A stretch of 50,456 nt of DNA from a virus (lineage: Duplodnaviria > Caudoviricetes), in IMG/VR virus record IMGVR_UViG_3300027985_000306, positions 1 through 50,456 of that record; one strand, written 5' to 3'. Shown here one piece after another: positions 28,175 through 36,175 of the stretch. The number at the start of each line of letters is the position of its first letter. Position 1 is the first letter of the stretch. A program made the position numbers and the translations under genes. Below the pieces are notes generated by a model. That model made no database searches. It saw nothing but the letters and a program-made list of their open reading frames with translations, and was not told the DNA's origin.

Positions 28175-29224
28175 CTAGCGCTTCTGCACCTCTTGGATCT
28201 CGCTTTCGCCTGCCTTTACAATGTACTTCGCATCATCCTGTTCTCGTCTTGGATCCCAGAACGCTTGCTCGAAGCCACTTGGTGGACTGTCTGCGTGTTC
28301 CAGCGGGTTCGGCCAGGTAGCACAGAACTGCGCGAAGGGACAGCCATACTTAGAACAACTCGTCCCGTTGCAAGGAAAGGCAGGAAGAATGTCGTCGTCT
28401 GGCGTACTGTTGACAAGGTTTTCCCAGTGCCAACTCATGTAGTCGAGGATATGATTGACTCGCCACAGTCCTTCGACCATCATGCGTTCGCTCTTGGCGA
28501 CTGGCACTCGAATGAACTCGTTGTTGTCTGGCTTAGCTTTCGTTGGCGCACGAAGGATCGCACCGTTGATAATCACGCCAGACACATCATCGTCAGGGAA
28601 GATCGCGTTGAGAGCGTGAGTGTACAGCCACGGCTGCGTTATCAAGTCCCATTGATCTGCCCAACGTTGAGACCATCGGCCTGTTGTCTTGTGTTCCATG
28701 CTCGCTATACGCCCGTTGCGGCGGACGATTGAATCGAGCTTGAAGTGCAGTACTCGATCCTCCTGAACAGGGACACTACCTGCGACCTCGGTGTACATTG
28801 TTCTCATCTCTCGCTTGTCCCGCTCCCACAGTTGCGCGTACTTGACGAGAGCACGCAGGGCGTTCTCGGGATTCTTCGCACTGTGTGGATCTGGACCCAA
28901 GGTCTGAGGGAACTGAGACTCGTAGTAGTCATTGAACAACTGCCATGCTTCGAGCACAGCCTTGTCGCTATAACCGTCGTCGGTGTTCAGAGATCGGAGA
29001 AGATGCTCCATAGCAAGATGCCATCCGCTACCGAACTCTAGATGAATGTTAGGGTCGATACCTCTCCAGCCGAGAACATACTGGAAGAAGTACTTACGTG
29101 GACTATCCAAGAACGTCTGTATCTTCGACGCATCGTGGATGTCCATAGTCGGGTGATAGACCAGTCCGGTTTCCGCTATCTCTTCACCAGCGGTCCAGAT
29201 CCGATCTCCTAGTGATTGGAGCAT
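28175..29224 (-). CDS. PD-(D/E)XK (Cas4/RecB-like) exonuclease
   Basis: FGSGWH..ME, E....., KLD...EHKTT, Q...Y and C-terminal C..C..C cluster. Confidence 0.85.
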   Translation of the reverse strand: MLQSLGDRIWTAGEEIAETGLVYHPTMDIHDASKIQTFLDSPRKYFFQYVLGWRGIDPNIHLEFGSGWHLAMEHLLRSLNTDDGYSDKAVLEAWQLFNDYYESQFPQTLGPDPHSAKNPENALRALVKYAQLWERDKREMRTMYTEVAGSVPVQEDRVLHFKLDSIVRRNGRIASMEHKTTGRWSQRWADQWDLITQPWLYTHALNAIFPDDDVSGVIINGAILRAPTKAKPDNNEFIRVPVAKSERMMVEGLWRVNHILDYMSWHWENLVNSTPDDDILPAFPCNGTSCSKYGCPFAQFCATWPNPLEHADSPPSGFEQAFWDPRREQDDAKYIVKAGESEIQEVQKR

Positions 29225-29262
29225 AAGTTAGTTGTTCCGTGACTACGCAAGAGCGCGTATCG

Positions 29263-29335
29263 CAGGGCCAGGAGGGCTCGAACCTCCAACCTCCAGATTC
29301 AAAGTCTGGTGTTCTGCCAGTTGAACTATGACCCT
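29263..29335 (-). tRNA. tRNA-Gln (anticodon TTG), no encoded CCA
   Basis: Cloverleaf: acceptor AGGGTCA/TGGCCCT, D arm GTTC/GAAC, anticodon arm CCAGA-CTTTGAA-TCTGG, T arm GGAGG-TTCGAGC-CCTCC, discriminator G. Confidence 0.93.
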
Positions 29336-29336
29336 G

Positions 29337-29453
29337 TTCGTGTGGTTGTGCTAAGCACCGACGTTAGTCGGGGAGAAGTCCGTGTTTTTGCTGGCATTAG
29401 CATAAAGGACGACAGTTCGCATCGCCCCTTGGGAAGTCCACAACCTACACGAA
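29337..29453 (-). ncRNA. Candidate multi-branched structured RNA abutting the tRNA 5' end
   Basis: Closing stem TTCGTGT(A)GGTTGTG/CACAACCACACGAA with three internal hairpins. Confidence 0.5.
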
Positions 29454-29460
29454 GTTGTTG

Positions 29461-29613
29461 TCAAAGACCTGCGCGGTCTTCGAGATCATTCACTCTCGCT
29501 TCGATGTCTTCAATACGTTCAAGGACAGATCGAAGTAGTTGATCTACCAGATGAACGATGAAATCGAATAGCCAACTCGGTACCCATCGAGGCTTCTTGA
29601 TTGTCGTAGCCAT
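29461..29613 (-). CDS. Small hypothetical protein (50 aa, not in ORF track)
   Basis: MATTIKKPRWVPSWLFDFIVHLVDQLLRSVLERIEDIEARVNDLEDRAGL*; A/C-rich leader like other genes; short coiled coil. Confidence 0.6.
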   Translation of the reverse strand: MATTIKKPRWVPSWLFDFIVHLVDQLLRSVLERIEDIEARVNDLEDRAGL

Positions 29614-29631
29614 TTGCGTGGTGTTTAGAGG

Positions 29632-29958
29632 TTAGTCTAGCTTCAGTGATCGAGCAATATACCCATCGTTCTTGTGGATGAGTAAGTTGATCTTTCCGTG
29701 CTTAGCCGCCATGATAGCCGTAGCCACCATGTTCATCTGAGTGAGGCTAGTACATAGAATATAGTCATATGGCTTGCTATTCTTTAGCACGTCTGAGAAC
29801 TTTCGGTACATCTGTGTGATAGCATACCGATTGATAGGGCCTTTGGAAAGGAAGACCAAAGGGCCGAACTTCTCTGCTGCGCTAAAGTCATGGCCGCCGT
29901 CATTCACTACATAGACCGTGCTGTAGTGAGTTTGGCCGGGATCGTCTGACTGTCGCAT
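29632..29958 (-). CDS. Hypothetical phage protein
   Basis: 108 aa ORF (VYVVNDGGHDFSAAEKFG...) with globular alpha/beta composition. Confidence 0.65.
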   Translation of the reverse strand: MRQSDDPGQTHYSTVYVVNDGGHDFSAAEKFGPLVFLSKGPINRYAITQMYRKFSDVLKNSKPYDYILCTSLTQMNMVATAIMAAKHGKINLLIHKNDGYIARSLKLD

Positions 29959-29993
29959 ACCTTATGTCGCTTGCTAATTTGTGCGTATGAGCC

Positions 29994-30035
29994 AAAGAAA
30001 AAAGAAGGGGATGGGCAGAACCCATCCCCCTCTTC
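29994..30035 (-). terminator. Rho-independent terminator
   Basis: GGGGATGGG-TTCTG-CCCATCCCC followed by TTCTTTTTTT on the minus strand. Confidence 0.85.
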
Positions 30036-30051
30036 TCGGTACGGATGCCGA

Positions 30052-30471
30052 CTACGCGGCTTCGAGACCGGCCTTGAGCATTGCGATGATCGCAGCGCGC
30101 TCGTCTTCGTCCAGCTTGTTGAAGTTGGAGAGGATCGAGGACTTGGGATCGCGCGTCGGAGAACGATCCACGTCGGGCCGCCAGTCGGTGAACTCGACAT
30201 CGAGCTGATCTTGGGTCGCGCCGTCTACAAGGCGGGCGCGGATCTGCGACTGGAGCTTGACGTTGGCCGACCTGATGAAGAAGTCGTAGACCGTTTCGTC
30301 GCCGAACTTCTCAATGGCTTCTGCGGCGTTGGCACCTGGATCCCAGTTCACAGTGCCAGACACCTTGTAGGTGTTGCCGTCTTCGTCTTCCAGCTCCTTA
30401 GTAGCTGTCACTTCAACCAACGACGAGACTTCCTCTTCAACGTCGGCAGTCGGGGTAAGGACTTCACTCAT
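30052..30471 (-). CDS. Acidic hypothetical protein with its own promoter and terminator
   Basis: Start MSEVLT at 30471; biased codon usage; flanked by a consensus promoter and a terminator. Confidence 0.75.
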   Translation of the reverse strand: MSEVLTPTADVEEEVSSLVEVTATKELEDEDGNTYKVSGTVNWDPGANAAEAIEKFGDETVYDFFIRSANVKLQSQIRARLVDGATQDQLDVEFTDWRPDVDRSPTRDPKSSILSNFNKLDEDERAAIIAMLKAGLEAA

Positions 30472-30541
30472 GACAAACCTCTTAGTTTGTTTGTTGTGTT
30501 GGGTGATACCCGTGCTTTCGCGTACGGGCGGGAATGTTTTG

Positions 30542-30572
30542 CAAATATACAGTGTGACGCGGCAAGTGTCAA
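30542..30572 (-). promoter_or_regulatory. Sigma70-type promoter
   Basis: TTGACA-17 nt-TATATT; the -10 extends to TATATTTG, matching the Bacteroidota TAnnTTTG element. Confidence 0.8.
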
Positions 30573-30598
30573 CCACTATGCGAATTTTGTTAGTCTTG

Positions 30599-30997
30599 TT
30601 AATTTGCGTCACCAAAGAGATCCTTCTGCCTAGAGTCACCTAGGTGCTTACGGATCTTCTCAGCGATCAGGTCGAGATCTGCGCTGGATGCAGAGATCCT
30701 ATCGACTCCCTCAGCCACTCGATCTTCTTCTTGGAGCGCAGAGACGATAGCCCTCTTTGCTGCCGAGCCTGTCGGAGTACCAAGTCCCATGCTATCAAGC
30801 GCTACTGTTGCGTCTTCGACTGTGTTATAACGCGACAGTTCGTGTTCGACTAGATCATGGAATGTGGAGACGATAAGATGGATCAGGTGTGATCTGCTCG
30901 TCGGACTGTAGCCCCTGTCCCGGAAGAACCGAGCAAGTGCAGCCATCTGGCGTAGATCTACCCGAGCGTTTACGGGAATGCGTTGTGAGTCAGCCAT
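30599..30997 (-). CDS. Hypothetical protein (possible RHH-type regulator)
   Basis: IPVNARVD...SRSHLIHLIV pattern. Confidence 0.5.
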   Translation of the reverse strand: MADSQRIPVNARVDLRQMAALARFFRDRGYSPTSRSHLIHLIVSTFHDLVEHELSRYNTVEDATVALDSMGLGTPTGSAAKRAIVSALQEEDRVAEGVDRISASSADLDLIAEKIRKHLGDSRQKDLFGDAN

Positions 30998-31027
30998 GTG
31001 CGTGCTATGTTTTAGAATTTGACAAAG

Positions 31028-31222
31028 CTAGAGGTATATAGACAGTACCCGTAGCATTGCTATTAGGTAGAACAACAGATACCCAGCCCCGATAACAACG
31101 AGGCCGAGCACTGTCACGAACACGAACCATACGAGAACGAATTCTCTACTGATCCGCTTTTCATTGTGGAGATCGAAGATAGTCCAGGCCAGGTAGTCCA
31201 CAAGGCTTTCAGTAATCTTCAT
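31028..31222 (-). CDS. Small membrane protein
   Basis: Start MKITES at 31222; long hydrophobic C-terminal helix. Confidence 0.5.
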   Translation of the reverse strand: MKITESLVDYLAWTIFDLHNEKRISREFVLVWFVFVTVLGLVVIGAGYLLFYLIAMLRVLSIYL

Positions 31223-31451
31223 TGTAGTAGTCGCTAGCCCACCAAGCCAGCGCCTCTTCCTCCAACGTCTCCAACTCTTCATCAGAGGGCTCGAACTCGA
31301 CTCCATCTTCCGTGAACGCCTGGAAGATGGAGGCCGTGGGCGGTGTTGCCGGTTCCCAGAACGTCTGGGGAGATCCGTGGTCGATGTCTGCAATTACAGA
31401 GACGTCTTCTTGATCTCCGAGCCTGCAGAAGAACTTAACGCGAGTTGTCAT
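31209..31451 (-). CDS. Acidic hypothetical protein
   Basis: 80 aa ORF, ATGA overlap with the upstream small ORF. Confidence 0.6.
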   Translation of the reverse strand: MTTRVKFFCRLGDQEDVSVIADIDHGSPQTFWEPATPPTASIFQAFTEDGVEFEPSDEELETLEEEALAWWASDYYNEDY

Positions 31452-31534
31452 TTTCCTATGAGGTCTGCGAGTTTAACAAAGAGCAGCACTATCAACAGTG
31501 CCACCATGAGAGCGATGGGATCGTCTAGTTTCAT
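31448..31534 (-). CDS. Tiny hydrophobic peptide (28 aa, not in ORF track)
   Basis: MKLDDPIALMVALLIVLLFVKLADLIGK*; ATGA overlaps at both ends. Confidence 0.55.
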   Translation of the reverse strand: MKLDDPIALMVALLIVLLFVKLADLIGK

Positions 31535-32133
31535 CTGGACTCCAGCAATCCTTTGATGCTGGTTCCGAGGAGCTTAGGTTCGACTCGGCCCATCGCAGTT
31601 CCTGTTGCCAGCTTGTTCATGAAGGTCAGACCGCTATCACCGTCTCGTCCGATGAAGATGGTATCGAGCGCTGATTTGAATTTGTCTCGCCATACAATGC
31701 AGTCATCGGGCCGGTCGGGTTGGCCGTCTGAGACAACGATGAACTTCATACCCATGTCGTCGAACGTGTGCGCCAACTCCAGCGCGGCGCGGAGATTCGT
31801 CGTACCTTCGGGTCTTGGCGGCAGTCCACCATATTGAACTCCAGCACCGGACGCGAACGTGATGAGGAGAACCTTACCTTGGTACTGCTGCTGAATCATC
31901 TCAAGCGCCTTTACCGCTTCACTATAGCGAGTGCCGCTCGTTTCTTCTGCGCGGCCATACGACCACGAACCATCCAGACGTGTCAGCATTGAACTGGAAC
32001 AGTCGAGTAGAACAACCACGTCGGCGTTCGCCACGATCTCTTCCGGCTTCTTGTTACGTCGGGCTGCTAGATCAAAGATCGAGCCCTCCGCAATGCTGGT
32101 TTCTCGCTTCTGGATTGCAGTTGAGTTGCTCAT
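31531..32133 (-). CDS. von Willebrand factor A (vWA) domain protein
   Basis: MIDAS DCSSSM, GTTNL..AL, VVSDG.P, TIFIG; start MSNST at 32133. Confidence 0.85.
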   Translation of the reverse strand: MSNSTAIQKRETSIAEGSIFDLAARRNKKPEEIVANADVVVLLDCSSSMLTRLDGSWSYGRAEETSGTRYSEAVKALEMIQQQYQGKVLLITFASGAGVQYGGLPPRPEGTTNLRAALELAHTFDDMGMKFIVVSDGQPDRPDDCIVWRDKFKSALDTIFIGRDGDSGLTFMNKLATGTAMGRVEPKLLGTSIKGLLESR

Positions 32134-32501
32134 TTGCTCTTCTGGTCTTCGAGTGATTGAGTGATGATGTTGATGAGTTCGTCGACTTTGTGCATCAAGC
32201 ATCTCGCGGTGTCCCAGGAGTACCCGTCGTAACACGGATAGACTTCCCAGTACGGGGCGTTAACGGCTCCTAAGAGATCATAGCCGTCAAGATAGACACT
32301 GACACCTCGATCGCCTACGTTTACAAGAAACCTAACAATCGCTCCGCCAAACCCTGGAATGATCTTAACTTCCCAGTCAGACGGAAACTTGATCGCGGGG
32401 ATCTCTTTTCTCCAACGATCCGCTTGGAACACACGGTCGTGATCTCCAGCGCTGCGGTAGAGATCCATCCGCTCCACGCTGAGGCGAGTTCCCTTAGGCA
32501 T
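32130..32501 (-). CDS. Hypothetical protein
   Basis: 123 aa ORF overlapping neighbours. Confidence 0.6.
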   Translation of the reverse strand: MPKGTRLSVERMDLYRSAGDHDRVFQADRWRKEIPAIKFPSDWEVKIIPGFGGAIVRFLVNVGDRGVSVYLDGYDLLGAVNAPYWEVYPCYDGYSWDTARCLMHKVDELINIITQSLEDQKSK

Positions 32502-33045
32502 ATCTATACCTCGTGTTTTGTTGTGAACGGGCCATGAGAACGAGCGCCGCGTCGTAACGCTTGCGTCTGTTCATGTCCGTGAGAACTTCGTACGCTTCTC
32601 GTACGATGTGAAAGTGGTCGGTGTCTCCTCCCTTGTCGGGATGATACTGCTTGGCGAGAGCGAAGAACGCCTTCCTTATTTCTTTTTCATCTGCATCACT
32701 CTCGACACCCAAGACGGTGTAGTAGGTCGAACGGTCTATGAAATTGCCGTTCATGATGTCTTCGAGCGACACGTCGTTAGTGCGAATCTCCGGCAGCTTA
32801 CCTTCGTAATACTTCTTTGTCAGATCACAGACAGCAAGGATTGTAGCCGGATTCGTCGTGAGATGCCAGACCTTCTTGTCACCATCCCATCGTCTATCTT
32901 TGAATGGGATCTTGACTTTGAAGTCACCTAGCATGTCCGGGTTGTAAGGCATGGCGAGAATCATATCGACCTTTGATATGACTAAACTCGGCAGCTTTAC
33001 CACGGGTGGTTGGTAGCCCTTACGGTAGGCTCTGCGTGCGGCCAT
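32494..33045 (-). CDS. J-domain (DnaJ-like) protein with N-terminal extra domain
   Basis: YY.VLGV...A...EIRKAF..LAKQYHPDKGG...F....EAYEVLTD...R..YD. Confidence 0.9.
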   Translation of the reverse strand: MAARRAYRKGYQPPVVKLPSLVISKVDMILAMPYNPDMLGDFKVKIPFKDRRWDGDKKVWHLTTNPATILAVCDLTKKYYEGKLPEIRTNDVSLEDIMNGNFIDRSTYYTVLGVESDADEKEIRKAFFALAKQYHPDKGGDTDHFHIVREAYEVLTDMNRRKRYDAALVLMARSQQNTRYRYA

Positions 33046-33218
33046 AGTACCTCGTTGATTAAGCGGTTAACGGTTTCTACAGAGATGCCTAACTGCACTG
33101 CACAGTAGGCCAGGTCGTGTTCCCATAGCAGAAGGCCGTAGCAAACCATCCCGGCCTGCCACCGCCAACTACTATCCTTGAAACACCTCGTTAGGTAGAG
33201 CAGCTCAAGCGCGCTCAC
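32997..33218 (-). CDS. Hypothetical protein with possible HTH
   Basis: CAVQLGISVETVNRLI resembles an HTH. Confidence 0.45.
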   Translation of the reverse strand: MSALELLYLTRCFKDSSWRWQAGMVCYGLLLWEHDLAYCAVQLGISVETVNRLINEVLWPHAEPTVRATNHPW

Positions 33219-33715
33219 TTCAGCTTGTTGTAAAGAACGTCGAGCAACTTCTTACGCTGCTCATCATTCATACTAGCAAACTGGTCAAGAAGTGATTGCT
33301 TGGCTTTCTCTTTTTGTTCGTGCTCCTTAGCTACTTTCTTCTTCCGCCGGTCTACCACAGTCCGCACTTCTACAAAGCGGAATGTGATGAGCGGACCTTG
33401 CTTCCGTAATGGTATGAGACGACCATTTACGGAGTAAGTCTTCCAAGTTCCGGGGATGCTCTTACGCACTCTGTAGTCCGCGAACACTTCTTCGACAGTC
33501 TTAGCATCCTTGCGGTGGAGCGTGACATCCCAGAACTCAAGACTTCCTTCTTTACCGTGCTCCCACTTGATTGGGAGACTAGGCATCCCTGGTTGTTTGA
33601 CTCGCCTTTGAGTCAGGACTCCGACTAGCTTCGAGACACAAGATCTCAAATGCTCGTCGTCGCCAGCCAAAGCTAACTCCAGATGCCGAATGATGTCGGA
33701 CTGTTCTAGCTTCAT
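33215..33715 (-). CDS. Basic hypothetical protein
   Basis: 166 aa ORF preceded by three GTTAC repeats. Confidence 0.65.
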   Translation of the reverse strand: MKLEQSDIIRHLELALAGDDEHLRSCVSKLVGVLTQRRVKQPGMPSLPIKWEHGKEGSLEFWDVTLHRKDAKTVEEVFADYRVRKSIPGTWKTYSVNGRLIPLRKQGPLITFRFVEVRTVVDRRKKKVAKEHEQKEKAKQSLLDQFASMNDEQRKKLLDVLYNKLK

Positions 33716-33779
33716 AGCTTAGTTGATTTGGGCGATGGATGTGGACATGTGCGTAAGTTACGAAGTTACACGGTTACAG

Positions 33780-34025
33780 TCAAATAGACGATGCATTTTT
33801 TTGGTACGGATCGTCGAGTAGTGTAACCACTTCTACCACGTAACTCACATGCTCATGGTTGAATGGGCTAAAGTCAATCTCCAGTTGGCTGTCGCTAGTA
33901 ACGATGAAACGGGCTCCGGCTGGCGGATACCCGAGTTCTTCTTCTAGGAAGTTCTGGAGAGCAAATGGACCTTCTTCCGTCGGACTGTAGTCCGCACTGG
34001 TCCCGAGTCGTCTACGGCGTCGCAT
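33780..34025 (-). CDS. Hypothetical protein
   Basis: 81 aa ORF on the early strand. Confidence 0.45.
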   Translation of the reverse strand: MRRRRRLGTSADYSPTEEGPFALQNFLEEELGYPPAGARFIVTSDSQLEIDFSPFNHEHVSYVVEVVTLLDDPYQKNASSI

Positions 34026-34070
34026 TGTCGTGCATAGTTCGTCGCGTTGCTTGCTTTGTTTGATAATCGT

Positions 34071-34105
34071 ACAAAGAACAAAGGGTGGGATCTACCCCAC
34101 CCCTT
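34071..34105 (-). terminator. Putative terminator
   Basis: GGGGTGGG-GTAGAT-CCCACCCT followed by TTGTTCTTTGT. Confidence 0.6.
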
Positions 34106-34122
34106 GTCCATTGCCGCCTTAT

Positions 34123-34425
34123 CTACTTCTCTGCGTCGAGACGCAGTTGGAATTGCTTGGCCGCCCAGCAGCTCATGCGAAGTCGAATCTCATCCACGTA
34201 GTCAGGATGTATCTCGTTGTCCTGCGTGAAGGTGGTGAGATCCCAACAACGATAGCTACCTTCCTCCGGTTCGATACAGAGGGAGTTACTACGCTCAGGG
34301 TCGTCATATCGCGGATGGCAGTAGAGATCACACTCTACGCCTTGCGCGTTGATCCACCGGCCGAGGTAGACACAGTGTCTGCACTGATGCCAGGAGTGGA
34401 GAGGCTCTTTATCCGAGATTGTCAT
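34123..34425 (-). CDS. Hypothetical protein (H..C..C motif)
   Basis: 100 aa ORF in early operon. Confidence 0.55.
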   Translation of the reverse strand: MTISDKEPLHSWHQCRHCVYLGRWINAQGVECDLYCHPRYDDPERSNSLCIEPEEGSYRCWDLTTFTQDNEIHPDYVDEIRLRMSCWAAKQFQLRLDAEK

Positions 34426-34612
34426 TTTCGTTGCTTGGGATCAGTTGAGGATTCTCCTTGTGCAAGCGCTGAGCACTAACGATAAAGGGAGTCCGATTGA
34501 GGGCAGTGGACGCGATCACGTAGGAGCGAACGCGGCCTTTCGTGTCGCGGATAGTCTGGAGCACTTCGTACTCCCGCGTGACCTTGCGGATTGTGTGCTT
34601 AACAGTCTTCAT
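34409..34612 (-). CDS. Hypothetical protein
   Basis: Start MKTVKH at 34612. Confidence 0.5.
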   Translation of the reverse strand: MKTVKHTIRKVTREYEVLQTIRDTKGRVRSYVIASTALNRTPFIVSAQRLHKENPQLIPSNENDNLG

Positions 34613-34889
34613 TGTTCTCCTCGTTTTCGTCTCGATGGAAGGTGAGAAGCATCCCACCAGCTAAGCAGGATGCAGATGCAAGATGCATGTCGTTGCTGCA
34701 ACAGAGCAAAAGCACGCGGGTAGCAATGCTGATGCGGAGAGCAGAGATCGCCTGCTTCTCAACTGGGCAACTCGGACTCGTTGGATCAAGCAGCCTGTTG
34801 AGAGCGTCGACCATTATCTCACCTGCGGAGTCAGCATCGGGCTGGTGCTCGTTCAGGTGATTCAGGATGTGGAGAGTATGAGAGTTCAT
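34599..34889 (-). CDS. Hypothetical protein
   Basis: 96 aa ORF in early operon. Confidence 0.45.
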   Translation of the reverse strand: MNSHTLHILNHLNEHQPDADSAGEIMVDALNRLLDPTSPSCPVEKQAISALRISIATRVLLLCCSNDMHLASASCLAGGMLLTFHRDENEENNEDC

Positions 34890-34893
34890 TGTC

Positions 34894-35229
34894 CTACTGC
34901 GGTTTGTGGTTGATGATCGGCTTGTAGCGCCGTTCGAAGGTCTCGATGAAGTTCTGAGTACAAGAAGACCGATGCAATACGATCCCGCTACCGGGATGCC
35001 AAGTTACTCGGTTCCAGCCTCCAAACGTAATCGAGTCGTGGCCCACGTTCTGCACACAGAAGTCCTTCGGACATTCTGCTTCTTCGAAGATTCGGTAGAT
35101 GTCATACACAACATGTGCGACCATGTGTGTAGCTTCATCTCCGATCACATCGAGTGCGCGAGAAAGAGCCTGTTTGCCTCTGTCGTCCATAAGCTCAAGC
35201 GTTTGAGTGAGCGATGCGGCTGGCATCAT
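34894..35229 (-). CDS. Hypothetical protein (true start may be the downstream MDDRG)
   Basis: The annotated ATG lies within the CTGATGA core of hammerhead HH-B. Confidence 0.55.
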   Translation of the reverse strand: MMPAASLTQTLELMDDRGKQALSRALDVIGDEATHMVAHVVYDIYRIFEEAECPKDFCVQNVGHDSITFGGWNRVTWHPGSGIVLHRSSCTQNFIETFERRYKPIINHKPQ

Positions 35230-35287
35230 CAGAGGTTGAGAACCACCCCAACCTGACGGGCGGTTGTTGAGACCGCCCCGTTTCGCC
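35222..35287 (-). ncRNA. Type II hammerhead ribozyme (HH-B)
   Basis: GGC-GAAA-[CGGGGCGGT/ACCGCCCG]-TC^-[AGGTTGGGG/TTCTCAACCT]-CTGATGA-T-GCC. Complete catalytic core; predicted GUC cleavage between 35255 and 35254. Confidence 0.9.
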
Positions 35288-35290
35288 TTA

Positions 35291-35536
35291 TTAGCTGTTG
35301 TTGTTAGATTCCCGAACTCTGGCGAGCTGCTTGTAGAGATTGAGTTCGAGTTCCGTCAAGATTCGCTCATACGTCTCGGGCCTATGTACCTGCATTTCTG
35401 CGTCGAGAAGTATGATGATGTCTTTGAGAAACCAGATGATTTCTCGCTTCGCGCTTGAGTCATCCATCGGCTCAGTCTTGAAGATGCTCTCAGCTCGATG
35501 GGCGAGAGCAAGGATGGTGTTCTTCTTACTTAGCAT
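35291..35536 (-). CDS. Hypothetical protein
   Basis: 81 aa ORF; its stop directly precedes HH-B. Confidence 0.55.
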   Translation of the reverse strand: MLSKKNTILALAHRAESIFKTEPMDDSSAKREIIWFLKDIIILLDAEMQVHRPETYERILTELELNLYKQLARVRESNNNS

Positions 35537-35705
35537 AACGGTCCTCGTAGTTGAATTTGTCCGGGAATGCGAAAGCCAGTTGCATCGGGTGCAACTGGTG
35601 GTACTGTCGTTCTAGGTCCGTGCGTTCCTTCTTGGTTACGCCAGACCGAGCATGGTCTATCTTCCGAACCTTAGGAGGTTTCGGAGTGTACTCAGCATAC
35701 CTCAT
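35526..35705 (-). CDS. Small hypothetical protein (59 aa, not in ORF track)
   Basis: MRYAEYTPKPPKVRKIDHARSG...YEDRYAK*; ATGA overlap with the upstream gene. Confidence 0.55.
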   Translation of the reverse strand: MRYAEYTPKPPKVRKIDHARSGVTKKERTDLERQYHQLHPMQLAFAFPDKFNYEDRYAK

Positions 35706-36169
35706 CGGGGCCTCCGTCGGCTACGTGTGACACGAAGTTCCTTCGAGCCGAAGACCGCACGAAGGATTTGTTGTTCGTCTTCCTTCTCCTCCTCCGGCTC
35801 ATCACCGTCGAAGTTAGGAATCTCAGGGCGAGTGCGATGCTCCCACCACTCGGAGCCGTCGTATTCTCCGCGCTCCATCCAAGTTCCGTCCTTCAGCCAG
35901 ACGGTGCCGAAGAGTTCCTGGCCGCCGTAGCCGCCGTCGTAACGGAAGTCGAGGACTTGGAGATCCTGCCACGTCGGCTCGCGCATGGCGAGGAGATCGC
36001 GTTGGTAGGGCCACTCTTCGATGTCTCGATCCTCGACCGAGATCACGATGGCTTCGATCTGCGCCCAGACGTTGTTGGCCGGTTCGTCTTCGGGCATGTT
36101 GCTAAACTGCCTGATTGCTCCAAGCAGTTCAGTCAGGGCATGTCGCCCCTCACGTTCGCGTCTGCTCAT
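35702..36169 (-). CDS. Hypothetical phage protein (YD.GYG.QEL.G.VW..DGTW.ERGEYDGSEWW family)
   Basis: Distinctive Gly/aromatic motif that I recognise from phage early proteins of unknown function. Confidence 0.7.
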   Translation of the reverse strand: MSRREREGRHALTELLGAIRQFSNMPEDEPANNVWAQIEAIVISVEDRDIEEWPYQRDLLAMREPTWQDLQVLDFRYDGGYGGQELFGTVWLKDGTWMERGEYDGSEWWEHRTRPEIPNFDGDEPEEEKEDEQQILRAVFGSKELRVTRSRRRPR

Positions 36170-36175
36170 GTTGTC

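Noticed and set aside
28175-29224. Cas4-like nuclease as evidence of a CRISPR-Cas system
   Set aside because: No repeat-spacer array or other cas genes were seen; the context (Sak4-like, SSB) indicates a recombination exonuclease.
29225-29262. HDV-like (theta) ribozyme at the tRNA 3' trailer
   Set aside because: Only a short hairpin is present; no nested double pseudoknot could be built by eye.
35540-35705. Third hammerhead suggested by CCGAAAC and nearby hairpins
   Set aside because: No correctly placed CUGANGA with stems; the interval is better explained by a 59-aa ORF.
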